64,000 nucleotides of DNA. Source: Coriobacteriia bacterium. Its GTDB lineage: Bacteria > Actinomycetota > Coriobacteriia > Anaerosomatales > JAAXUF01. The stretch is from positions 19,492-83,491 of the forward strand of contig JAAXWY010000003.1 in assembly GCA_013334745.1 (NCBI GenBank), written 5' to 3'. The number at the start of each line of letters is the position of its first letter. Position 1 is the first letter of the stretch. Positions 43,207 to 52,311 of the stretch are shown here, in pieces. A program made the translations under genes and the position numbers. Below the pieces are notes generated by a model. That model did no database searches. It was not told the DNA's origin and worked only from the letters and a program-made list of their open reading frames with translations.

Positions 43207-44135
43207 GCAAGAAGGCGACTCGAGAGGCACTAGGAACGACCTTGGTTGAATTGGCGGGGGAGGGCTACGACGTCGTCGCCGTTGAGGCCGACCTCTCAAA
43301 ATCAACGACGACCGCAAAGCTGGGCGACGCGTACCCGGACCGCTTCTTCAACGTCGGTATCGCCGAGGCGAACATGATCGGTGTCGCAGCCGGCCTCGCC
43401 GTAGCTGGAAAGACGCCGTTCACAGGCTCATTTGCGGTGTTCGCGACCGGGCGTGCCTATGATCAGATTCGCAACACGGTGTGCTATGCAAGCCTCAACG
43501 TCAAGTTGACCCCGACACATGCCGGGATCACCGTAGGGCCTGATGGCGGCAGCCATCAGATGATCGAGGACTTGGCGCTCATGAGGGTACTTCCCGGCAT
43601 GCGTGTACTCGTTCCGGCTGACTTCAACGCGGCTAGGGCGGCCATCCGTTGCGCGGCGCAGACACCGGGCCCGTTCTATGTTCGGCTCGGCCGAGCGACC
43701 CTGCCGGAGGTCTATCCGGAGGGCATCGAGTGGGATCTTGAACGGGCCACCGTCCTTCGCGAGGGCACGGACGTCACGCTCGTGGCCTGTGGCGTCATGG
43801 TGGCCGCCGCCGTGTCTGCGGCCGAGCTTCTCGGTGAGCTCGGGGTGTCTGCTGAGGTAATCGATGCCGCCACGATCAAGCCGCTCGATGCGGCAACGAT
43901 CCTGTCGAGCGCGGCCAAGACCGGTGCGGTGGTGACATGTGAGGAGCACAGCGTCATCGGTGGACTGGGATCGGCGGTTGCTGAGGCGCTTGGGGAGGGC
44001 CGTCCCACGCCGCTCAAGCGCGTCGGAGTGAACGATGTGTTCGGAACCTCAGGGGATCCGGATGAACTCATGGAGCACTACGGGCTGACGGCAGAGGGAA
44101 TCGCAGCGGCGGCGAAGATGCTCATCGGGCGCTAA
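43203..44135 (+). CDS. Transketolase, C-terminal (pyrimidine-binding) subunit
   Basis: Its GTG overlaps the upstream TGA. Motifs FNVGIAEANMIGVAAGLA and HAGITVGPDGGSHQ. Confidence 0.93.
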   Translation: MSKKATREALGTTLVELAGEGYDVVAVEADLSKSTTTAKLGDAYPDRFFNVGIAEANMIGVAAGLAVAGKTPFTGSFAVFATGRAYDQIRNTVCYASLNVKLTPTHAGITVGPDGGSHQMIEDLALMRVLPGMRVLVPADFNAARAAIRCAAQTPGPFYVRLGRATLPEVYPEGIEWDLERATVLREGTDVTLVACGVMVAAAVSAAELLGELGVSAEVIDAATIKPLDAATILSSAAKTGAVVTCEEHSVIGGLGSAVAEALGEGRPTPLKRVGVNDVFGTSGDPDELMEHYGLTAEGIAAAAKMLIGR

Positions 44136-44540
44136 GACCCGGCTTCACTCCAACGGTGGGCAGTTCTCCCGCCTCCACACAAATCACATGCGAAACCGCA
44201 CTGTTCGCACCCATTTGCGCTGGTCATTGGCACCGTTTCAGGCTACGATAATGAAGCTGGATCGCGGCCGGCCAACGCGGTGTCCTCTTCTTCGTGCCGT
44301 TCGGTTGCTCGCGCTGGCCCGTTGGGGATCGGGCGATGAGTGTCGTGTGATTCCCTGCGGTCGTCGTAAACGCTTATTCGGTGTCCGGATGTTGGGGCAT
44401 CGGGTTCGCAGAGCGAGAGGACTCGGGCTGGATATCAGACGCGCAATCCGCCTCCCGATCGCTATTCGAGTCAGGGTTCTTGCCGCCCCTGACCTGCTGC
44501 TTCTCATGCCTGCACCTCTGAGTATCCCGCAACTCCCCTT

Positions 44541-44573
44541 CGCGTACGCGCGCGCGTAGCCCGCGTATACGCG
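44541..44573. promoter_or_regulatory. Cluster of CGCGTA half-sites forming two palindromes (CGCGTACGCG and CGCGTATACGCG)
   Basis: CGCGTA starts at 44541, 44553 and 44562. Perfect palindromes lie at 44541-44550 and 44562-44573, about 70-100 nt upstream of the giant gene. Confidence 0.35.
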
Positions 44574-44640
44574 AGTCCTTTCCGATTGTCCGCCGCGATT
44601 CAGACAAGGAGCCGATGAGAGAGGTAGACCAACCCGAGCG

Positions 44641-47600
44641 ATGACAACCCCGGGTTCAGAGCCGTGCCGCACTGATGTCGGTGTGGGTGACTCGCGCAAC
44701 GGCGCGTTGGCGCAGCACGCCCTGATTCGGAGAGTCTTGGCCATCGTCGCCATCTTCGCTCTGGTACTGCCGCTCCAGGCTTCAGGATTCATCTCGACGG
44801 GACCGACGGGCGACCGAGCGTGGTTCTGGCACAACCCCCAGCCGCAAGGCAACGACCTGCGTGCCAGCGCATGGCTCGATGCTTCGACCGGCTGGGCGGT
44901 AGGGGTCGTAGGCACTGCTCTCAAGACGACCGACGGGGGTGCGACGTGGGTCGCACAGGACCCGGGCACCGTGCGCGATCTGACGGGCGTGTCGTTCGTT
45001 GATGCCAACAACGGCTGGGCGTGCGGGGTTTCCGCAACCGTGGTCAGGACGACCAACGGCGGCACCACCTGGACGCCGCAGACGGCGCCGACCACACCGG
45101 CTGCACGTAACCTCAGGGCCATTTCGTTCTTCAACAGCAGCGTCGGTGTTGCGGTTGGGGACCTTGGAACGACGACGTCGACCATCGTCTATACCGGAGA
45201 TGGCGGCACGACCTGGCGAACCGCGACCACCACCGCGACGGTAGGGCTGACCGGCGTTCAGATGGTCTCAGCGACCACCGGTTGGGCGGTCGGCGGCGCC
45301 GGCGCCATCCTGAAGACCACCGATGGTGGCGCGACGTGGACTCCGGTCTCGTCTCCCACCGTCGCCGGACTCTCCGCGGTGTCGTTCGAGCCATCGGGGC
45401 AGGTCGGATACGTGGTCGGCAACGCCGCGCTGCCCAGCTGGACCATCTACAAGACCACTGATGCTGGTGTCACGTGGACGGCGGTAGACGGTCTGGGTGC
45501 CACCGGCGCGATCAACCTGACTGCGGTCGACTGTCTCGATGCGAACAACGCGATCACAGTCGGTACCAACGGTCAGGTGCGGCACACGACCGACGGCGGC
45601 GCGACTTGGCTCAACCAGTCGTTGAACAACCTCGGTGGGCAGGCACTTCGCGACGTCGAGCTTGTCGATGCCGATGTCATCAAGGCGACCGGTGACTTCG
45701 GTCAGCTGTTCTTCACACGTAACGGGGGAGACTCGTGGTTCACGCCCGCGATCGGTGCCGGAGCAACTTACCTTGCCGGCCACTTCGCTGACGTCAACAA
45801 CGGCTGGATCGTGGGCGCTAGCGGCACCATCATGCGTACCGCAGACGCTGGGCAGACCTGGGAGATCCAGTCGAGCGGGATCACGAACTGGCGGGCTATC
45901 CATGCGCGCAGCGCAACCGCAGCGTGGGTGGTTGGCGACGATGGCCTGGTGAAGCGCACCACGGACGGCATCAACTGGACCAGCCAGCCATCGGGAACCA
46001 CGCAGGTGCTCAATGGCGTGTGGTTCACCTCTACCAGTACCGGGTTCGCTGTCGGCGCCAACGGGACGATTCTGCGAACGACCGACGGGGGCGTCACCTG
46101 GAATGCGATGACATCCGGTACCACCGCCGCGCTGAATTCCGTGTGGTTCGCCAGCCCTTCCGTCGGGTGGGCGGTCGGCAACAACGGCGTCATCCGTCGA
46201 ACGACCAACGGTGGTTCGACATGGTCGGCGCAGGCTTCTACGACGACGCAGAACCTTCTGACGGTGCGGGGTGTCAGCGCTAGCAACGTCTGGGCGGCGG
46301 GTAATGCCGGCACGATGGTGCGCACCACGGACGGAAGCGCATGGTCGAGTGCGGGCATCACGACCGGTGCGGCATCCAATGCGATTCGCAACGTGTTCTT
46401 CGCGACTGCGACCGACGGCTGGTATGTCGGCAACTACGGGCTTGTCCGGCGTACCACTGACGGCGGACTGACGTGGACTTCGCTGGATGTCGGTGTTCCC
46501 ACGAGCGCGCTGGATCCGCAGGTCCGAATGAACGCGTGCTGGTTCACCTCAGCAGCGCCCTACACGGGTTATGTAATCGGCGACTACGGTGTCATCCGCC
46601 GTACCGTCGACAGCGGTTCCACGTGGACTTCGCTCCATTTCGGCACCCTGAGCAACCTCAACGCCATCGACTTCGCCGATGCCCAGACGGGATGGATCGG
46701 CGGGGCCAGCGGAACCATGATGGTCACCGAAGACGGCGGCCACGTGTGGAGGGGACAGAAGACGGGCAATAACGCAGCCTTCGCCGCCGTCTCGGTCGTC
46801 AGCTCCCAGACGGTCTGGGCCACCGGTGACAACGGCGCCATTCGTAAGACGCTTGACGGTGGCCGCACGTGGACCGGCCAAACCTCGGGTACCACGGTCA
46901 ACCTGAAGGGGATCTCGGCGGTAGACTCATCGCATGCGGTCGTGGTGGGGCAGGTCGGCTTGGTGAAGTACACCACTGACGGCGGAAGCACGTGGACCAC
47001 CGGCTCGGTCGATACGACGCAGCAGCTGAGTAGCGTGAGCATGGTGGATACCTCCACCGGCTGGGCTGTCGGGCCGCGGCTCGCGGGCAACAACGTTGTG
47101 TTCCACACCACAGACGGGGGAGCCACGTGGTCACCGCAGGCGACCACCGCCAACGCGAACCTGTGGGCGGTGCACTTCCGTTCGGCCTCGCTTGGATTCG
47201 CCGCGGGTGACTCGGGTGTGATTCTCAGGACCACCGACGGGGGCGCCACGTGGGTACGTCGACCGACCCCCACGACGCTGCCCTTCTACGGCATCAGGTT
47301 CGCGGACGACAACAACGGCACGGCTGTTGGCGGTGGCGGCGTGCTGGCCCGTACCGCGGACGGCGGGACGACGTGGGCGCTGCAATCATCAGGCGGCGGC
47401 AAGTCGTTGACCTCGGTGTACCCGCTCGACGCCAGCAGGTCCTTCATCGTGGGCAGTGGCGGCACGATCATGCGACTGGGCGACACTGCACCGCCGTTCA
47501 CCTCCCGTTCCGTGACGCCGGCCGACCCTGACGGCGCAGGCGGTTGGTACCGCACCGACCCGCAGGTCACGCTTTCGTCCAGTGCCCCCGGGAACACGTA

Positions 47601-50427
47601 CTACGGATGGAACTCAGCGGCTGGGCCGTTCACGCTCTACACGGGGCCGACCTCGGTTCCCGAGGGCCTGCAAACCATGTACTACTACTCCGTCGATGCG
47701 TCGGGCAACGCCGAGTCGGCGAACGAGGCGACGTTCTCTGTCGACTTCACACCACCTGATGCAGCGACTCTCTTGACTGCGACGGCTGTCACGACCACCA
47801 CCGCGGACATCCAGTGGGCCGAGTCCGCTGACGCGCTATCGGGCGTTCATCATTACCTCGTCACCGTCAGCAACGGCGCGACTCTCAGCGTCGTGGCCAC
47901 CTCGGCCACGATTGCAGGTCTCAGCCCTGGCACGCTCTACTCGGCAGTGGTCAACGCGGTCGACGTGGCGGGGAACGTCTCGGCGACAAGCACCCCCGCA
48001 GCCTTCAGCACCGCCGGCGTTGACTCATCGCCGATGAGCACGGTTCTCGGCGTGACCCCGGCCGCGTCTGACGGTCTCGCCGGTTGGTACGTGACGACGC
48101 CGACTGTGACCATGGCAGCGCTGCCGATGGATGCGGTCGCTGAGATCTTCTATACATGGGGCAGCATCGACGGCACCTACGATACGTACGCCACGACGAT
48201 CACGCCGCCCGCGGGATCGTCGACGCTGCGCTACTCGAGTCATGACACAGCAGATCCGGGTCATGCCGCCGAGATGACACAGGCAGCCGTGTTCAACCTC
48301 GACACACAGACCCCCACAGCTCCGTCGGTCACGGCGAGTGTCACGAGCTACGCGAGTGTCGACCTGTCGTGGCCGGACGTGACGCCCACGCCAAGCGGCA
48401 TCGATCGCTACGACGTGTATCGCGACGGCGCCTTCTTCGCGTCGACCGACACCACGACCTTCGGGGTCGCAGGTCTGACTGCGGAGACCGGCTACACATT
48501 CGCGGTCGTCGCCGTGAATGTGGCGGGCTCGTCTTCCTCGACGGCGTCCGTGAGCGCTACGACGCCCATGGCGCCGCTTCCCGCAGCGCCGGCGTACGTT
48601 GCGGCCCGGTCGCCGTCCGGCTACTTCGCCTTCGTGAACTGGGACTACAGTCGAGACACGCTCGGGACGGCGAACTACCGAATCTGGCGTTCGACCGATG
48701 GCTCGAGCTACTCTGCGATCGCAACGACGACCGGCGGACTCTACGGTGCGACCTATCTCGACACGACGCTCAGCGCTTCGACCAAGTACTGGTACGCCAT
48801 CTCCACGGTGGACTCGCGCGGAGAGAGCGCCTTGTCCAGCACTGCAACAGCGGTATGGCCGAGCATCTCGACCACCACCACCGGTCCTGAGCGTGTCCAA
48901 GGGCTCTCCGCGGTGGATACCTCGGGGTCGATTTACCTGAGCTGGGCGCCATCCGATAATCCCGCGACGATCGGCTACAACGTCCTTCGTGCCGACTCGA
49001 GCCTGGCCACTGCCAGCGTGCTCAACACCCTCCCGATCAGCGGCACGGGCTTCTTCGACCTTTCGGTTGAGAACGGCGCACCCTACTACTACTCCGTCGT
49101 TGCGATCGACTCGAACAACAACACCGGCACCGTCTCGCTTGAGCTGGCGGCCAAGGCGCACGGTACCTACCGGGGTCTGTCTCCGCACGATCTCGATGCC
49201 GACAACTCAGGCTGCGGTTGCCACTCGGCGCATACCGCTACGGCCGACGACAAACTCATCCGGTACCCGTATGCCACCAAGGACACTGCGTGCGACGCGT
49301 GTCATCCACCGGCGGCGGCGCGTGGTGAATTCCTCGATCCGCTCGCGAAGTCCCGTCATGCCCTGGCGGCGACCTCCGCGGTCAATGCGCAGTTCACCTG
49401 CAACACGTGTCATCGGCCGCTCAAGGGTTCCACCGAGGCGACGGCGTCACTCATGCGTACCAACAGCGAGTCGCCCTGTGTGGTCGTGACCGACACGCCG
49501 GCCGGCAATGCGTTCTGCTACTCCTGCCACGGCGGTGGCTCGACATTGCCGATGGGCGACCTGAGCGGTTTCGAGAACTCAGCGCACAACAATGTGCCGG
49601 CGCCCACGACCGCCGGGATCGTCTGCGATACCTGTCACGAGTCGCACTCATCGCGCAATGAAGGTCTCAACCGTTACAGCGGCTACATGATGTGCGTTGA
49701 GTGTCACAACTCGACGCAGTCAGACCCGCTGTCCCCCGACATCTTGAGTCAGCTGACGCTCAACTCAGATGCGAACGCCAAGCACCCACTGCTGCCAAAG
49801 GATCAGCTCAATGGCGCTCAGATGCGGTGCCAGAACTGCCACAACACGCATTCGAGCACGACACAGTACCCGCTGGTTGACCCGCACGACCCGAGCCCCA
49901 CGGGTACGTGGACCACGACGCGCGGCGACGAGAAGTCCTTCTGCTTCCAGTGTCACGACGGGCAGCCGCTGCCGACAAGCGCCGAAGCGTCGCCGTGGGC
50001 ACCCGCTGTGCTCGGATCGAACGGCGCCACGACTGTGCCTGATATCGAGAACTCGTATCAGACGAACGTGCATGGGTTCGGCTCACGCAGTGATGGAACG
50101 ACGACGACTGCTTACCTGCGTCAGGACATGGGCTACCAGTATGGCGACGTGCTCGAGTGCCGCGCATGTCACGACCCGCATGGCACGGTGAACAACTACG
50201 CGCTGCAGCAGAACATCAAGTCGGCAAGCGGGCTGAAGACGGTCAACGGTGTCATGGTCGTCAAGGCGCCCACCGGCTACGACGTCCGCTTCTTCTGCAA
50301 CTCGTGTCACCTGTTCGATTCTCAGACTCACGACGCGATTGCCGGGACGAGCACGGTCACCTTCCCGATGAACTGCACGACCTGCCACCGTCACATCAAG
50401 GCCGGTGTCCCGTCACCGAACCTTTAG
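44641..50427 (+). CDS. Giant secreted fusion protein: about 21 BNR/Ycf48-like propeller blades, FN3/Ig-like modules, and a C-terminal multihaem cytochrome c domain
   Basis: 1,928 aa with a signal-like RRVLAIVAIFALVLPLQASG. I count 20 clear copies and 1 degenerate copy of [KRHY]T.[DN]GG.[TS]W at ~42-aa spacing. FN3-like modules follow. The last ~410 aa carry 10 CXXCH and one CXCH. Confidence 0.9.
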   Translation: MTTPGSEPCRTDVGVGDSRNGALAQHALIRRVLAIVAIFALVLPLQASGFISTGPTGDRAWFWHNPQPQGNDLRASAWLDASTGWAVGVVGTALKTTDGGATWVAQDPGTVRDLTGVSFVDANNGWACGVSATVVRTTNGGTTWTPQTAPTTPAARNLRAISFFNSSVGVAVGDLGTTTSTIVYTGDGGTTWRTATTTATVGLTGVQMVSATTGWAVGGAGAILKTTDGGATWTPVSSPTVAGLSAVSFEPSGQVGYVVGNAALPSWTIYKTTDAGVTWTAVDGLGATGAINLTAVDCLDANNAITVGTNGQVRHTTDGGATWLNQSLNNLGGQALRDVELVDADVIKATGDFGQLFFTRNGGDSWFTPAIGAGATYLAGHFADVNNGWIVGASGTIMRTADAGQTWEIQSSGITNWRAIHARSATAAWVVGDDGLVKRTTDGINWTSQPSGTTQVLNGVWFTSTSTGFAVGANGTILRTTDGGVTWNAMTSGTTAALNSVWFASPSVGWAVGNNGVIRRTTNGGSTWSAQASTTTQNLLTVRGVSASNVWAAGNAGTMVRTTDGSAWSSAGITTGAASNAIRNVFFATATDGWYVGNYGLVRRTTDGGLTWTSLDVGVPTSALDPQVRMNACWFTSAAPYTGYVIGDYGVIRRTVDSGSTWTSLHFGTLSNLNAIDFADAQTGWIGGASGTMMVTEDGGHVWRGQKTGNNAAFAAVSVVSSQTVWATGDNGAIRKTLDGGRTWTGQTSGTTVNLKGISAVDSSHAVVVGQVGLVKYTTDGGSTWTTGSVDTTQQLSSVSMVDTSTGWAVGPRLAGNNVVFHTTDGGATWSPQATTANANLWAVHFRSASLGFAAGDSGVILRTTDGGATWVRRPTPTTLPFYGIRFADDNNGTAVGGGGVLARTADGGTTWALQSSGGGKSLTSVYPLDASRSFIVGSGGTIMRLGDTAPPFTSRSVTPADPDGAGGWYRTDPQVTLSSSAPGNTYYGWNSAAGPFTLYTGPTSVPEGLQTMYYYSVDASGNAESANEATFSVDFTPPDAATLLTATAVTTTTADIQWAESADALSGVHHYLVTVSNGATLSVVATSATIAGLSPGTLYSAVVNAVDVAGNVSATSTPAAFSTAGVDSSPMSTVLGVTPAASDGLAGWYVTTPTVTMAALPMDAVAEIFYTWGSIDGTYDTYATTITPPAGSSTLRYSSHDTADPGHAAEMTQAAVFNLDTQTPTAPSVTASVTSYASVDLSWPDVTPTPSGIDRYDVYRDGAFFASTDTTTFGVAGLTAETGYTFAVVAVNVAGSSSSTASVSATTPMAPLPAAPAYVAARSPSGYFAFVNWDYSRDTLGTANYRIWRSTDGSSYSAIATTTGGLYGATYLDTTLSASTKYWYAISTVDSRGESALSSTATAVWPSISTTTTGPERVQGLSAVDTSGSIYLSWAPSDNPATIGYNVLRADSSLATASVLNTLPISGTGFFDLSVENGAPYYYSVVAIDSNNNTGTVSLELAAKAHGTYRGLSPHDLDADNSGCGCHSAHTATADDKLIRYPYATKDTACDACHPPAAARGEFLDPLAKSRHALAATSAVNAQFTCNTCHRPLKGSTEATASLMRTNSESPCVVVTDTPAGNAFCYSCHGGGSTLPMGDLSGFENSAHNNVPAPTTAGIVCDTCHESHSSRNEGLNRYSGYMMCVECHNSTQSDPLSPDILSQLTLNSDANAKHPLLPKDQLNGAQMRCQNCHNTHSSTTQYPLVDPHDPSPTGTWTTTRGDEKSFCFQCHDGQPLPTSAEASPWAPAVLGSNGATTVPDIENSYQTNVHGFGSRSDGTTTTAYLRQDMGYQYGDVLECRACHDPHGTVNNYALQQNIKSASGLKTVNGVMVVKAPTGYDVRFFCNSCHLFDSQTHDAIAGTSTVTFPMNCTTCHRHIKAGVPSPNL

Positions 50428-50550
50428 GAGAGTGCTGAGTGAACGGGTCACTCGCTTTCACCCTTTCTCCACACGCGCATGGCAGGGTGGAGATGTACGC
50501 CTTTGGTACACTGCCCCTCGGGGTTTGTCGCACAGAAACGGAGCTACCCT

Positions 50551-51321
50551 GTGACTGATTTGACCAGCATTCCCGATCCGGCTGCGCCGCGAGCGGCTGA
50601 GGCGCCACCCGCGCTTCCGCGCACCGGTCCCGTCATGATCTCGATGCGAGGCATCTCGAAGTCCTACGTTGCCGATAAGCCGGCACTGTACGACGTCGAC
50701 GTTGAGATCGGCTCGGGTGAGTTCGTCTTCATCGTCGGGCACTCGGGTTCCGGCAAGTCCACCTTCATCCGTCTCCTGCTGCGCGAACTCCTGCCCAGCC
50801 GCGGGCAGATCATCGTTGCCGGTCAGGACCTCGGCAAGATGAAGAACTGGAAGGTGCCCTACCTGCGCCGCAACATCGGCTGCGTCTTCCAGGATTTCAA
50901 GCTTCTGCCCAACAAGACCTCATTTGAGAACGTCGCGTTCGCGCTCGAGGTCATCGGCAAGAGCAAGCACGTCATCCGAACTCAGGTGCCCGAGGTGCTG
51001 CGCCTTGTCGGCCTTGAGGACAAGGTCAATAGCTACCCCGACGAGCTCTCCGGTGGTGAGCAGCAGCGCGTCTCCATCGCGCGCGCGTTCGTCAACCGAC
51101 CGCCGCTGCTCCTGTGCGACGAGCCGACCGGAAACCTCGACCCGCAGACGTCGCTGGGCATCATGAAGTTGCTTGAGCGCATCAACAACACCGGCACGAC
51201 GGTGCTTGTCGCCACTCACGATCGTGAGATGGTCGACAACATGCGCCGTCGCGTCATCGCCCTCGAGGGCGGCCGCATCATCCGCGACCAGGACCGAGGG
51301 GTGTACGGCTATGTCGATTAA
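50551..51321 (+). CDS. ftsE: Cell-division ABC ATPase FtsE
   Basis: GTG at 50551 lies 7 nt after GGAG; ATG at 50635 ([11 protein letters not shown]...) is the alternative. Walker [10 protein letters not shown] and signature [15 protein letters not shown]. Confidence 0.92.
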   Translation: MTDLTSIPDPAAPRAAEAPPALPRTGPVMISMRGISKSYVADKPALYDVDVEIGSGEFVFIVGHSGSGKSTFIRLLLRELLPSRGQIIVAGQDLGKMKNWKVPYLRRNIGCVFQDFKLLPNKTSFENVAFALEVIGKSKHVIRTQVPEVLRLVGLEDKVNSYPDELSGGEQQRVSIARAFVNRPPLLLCDEPTGNLDPQTSLGIMKLLERINNTGTTVLVATHDREMVDNMRRRVIALEGGRIIRDQDRGVYGYVD

Positions 51322-52255
51322 TGTCGGGTACTTCGTACGAGAGTCTATTCAGAACTTCCGTCGCAACTGGGTCATGACTCTGGGTGCGGTCATCACGATC
51401 TATCTTTCGCTGCTGCTTGTGGGCGTGTTCCTCGTCACGGGCGCCATCGTCAACAATGTGGTCAAGTCCGTCGAGGACAAGGTCACGATTGAGATTTTCC
51501 TCAAGGACGGCGCAGCCACGGCGGATGTGACCGCTTTGCAGAACAAGCTGCTTGCCGACCCGCTGGTCGGCGTGCAAAGCCCGGATGCCAAGAACCGCGG
51601 GACGGTGAGTTACACGTCCAAGGAGCAGGCGATGGACAAGTTCAAGAAGAGCATGTCCTCGTCGCCCGAGATCCTCGATCAACTCGAGAACAACCCGCTG
51701 CCAGCGTCTCTGGACGTCAAGCTCGCGGATTCACACAATGTTGAGGCACTGGCCGCGCAGATCAAGGCCGACCCCCTCTTCCTCAAGGTCGCCGAGAACC
51801 CTGCCAAGCCTGAAGAGTCGATCAAGTACGGTCAGCAGATCGTGAAGAAGCTGTTCGCGTTCACCCGCGTCGTCCGCATCATGGGGTACGCCATCATCGC
51901 GATGCTCGCGGTCGTCTCGCTGATTTTCATCAACAACACTATCCGCCTCGCCATCTACGCGCGTCGCAAGGAGATCGGCATCATGCGTCTCGTGGGCGCG
52001 AGCAACTGGTTCATCCGGACCCCGTTCCTGCTGGAAGGCGTCCTCCAAGCGCTCATCGGGGCCACGCTCGCGATTCTCTCGGTGACGGGTCTTCAGGCGC
52101 TCATCATGCCGAGACTCCGTGACGTGATCTCGTTCTTGCCGGTCGCTACCGGTGCGGCAACGACGGTCCAGATATCGCTGACTCTCGTGCTGGCAGGCGT
52201 TGTGATCGGCCTTGCCGGTTCCAGCGTCGCGCTGAGGCGCTACCTCAAGGTGTAG
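51311..52255 (+). CDS. ftsX: Cell-division permease-like protein FtsX
   Basis: ATG at 51311 overlaps the ftsE end. Starts [27 protein letters not shown]. Extracellular loop plus three C-terminal helices. Confidence 0.92.
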   Translation: MSINVGYFVRESIQNFRRNWVMTLGAVITIYLSLLLVGVFLVTGAIVNNVVKSVEDKVTIEIFLKDGAATADVTALQNKLLADPLVGVQSPDAKNRGTVSYTSKEQAMDKFKKSMSSSPEILDQLENNPLPASLDVKLADSHNVEALAAQIKADPLFLKVAENPAKPEESIKYGQQIVKKLFAFTRVVRIMGYAIIAMLAVVSLIFINNTIRLAIYARRKEIGIMRLVGASNWFIRTPFLLEGVLQALIGATLAILSVTGLQALIMPRLRDVISFLPVATGAATTVQISLTLVLAGVVIGLAGSSVALRRYLKV

Positions 52256-52311
52256 CCCTGGATTCAAGCGCGGGTACGCCACTACATTCACTCTGAGAGC
52301 GGTAGGTTCAC

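Noticed and set aside
44188-45185. ORFs 44188-44559 (+) and 44238-45185 (-) in and around the region upstream of the giant gene
   Set aside because: Their products are Arg/Pro-rich with no SD and no motif. The minus ORF is largely antisense to the giant gene. I treat 44136-44640 as non-coding regulatory DNA.
45258-47597. Numerous 60-230-aa ORFs in other frames and on the other strand inside the giant gene
   Set aside because: All lie within one long, motif-rich reading frame with regular blade periodicity. They are by-products of GC-rich repetitive coding sequence.
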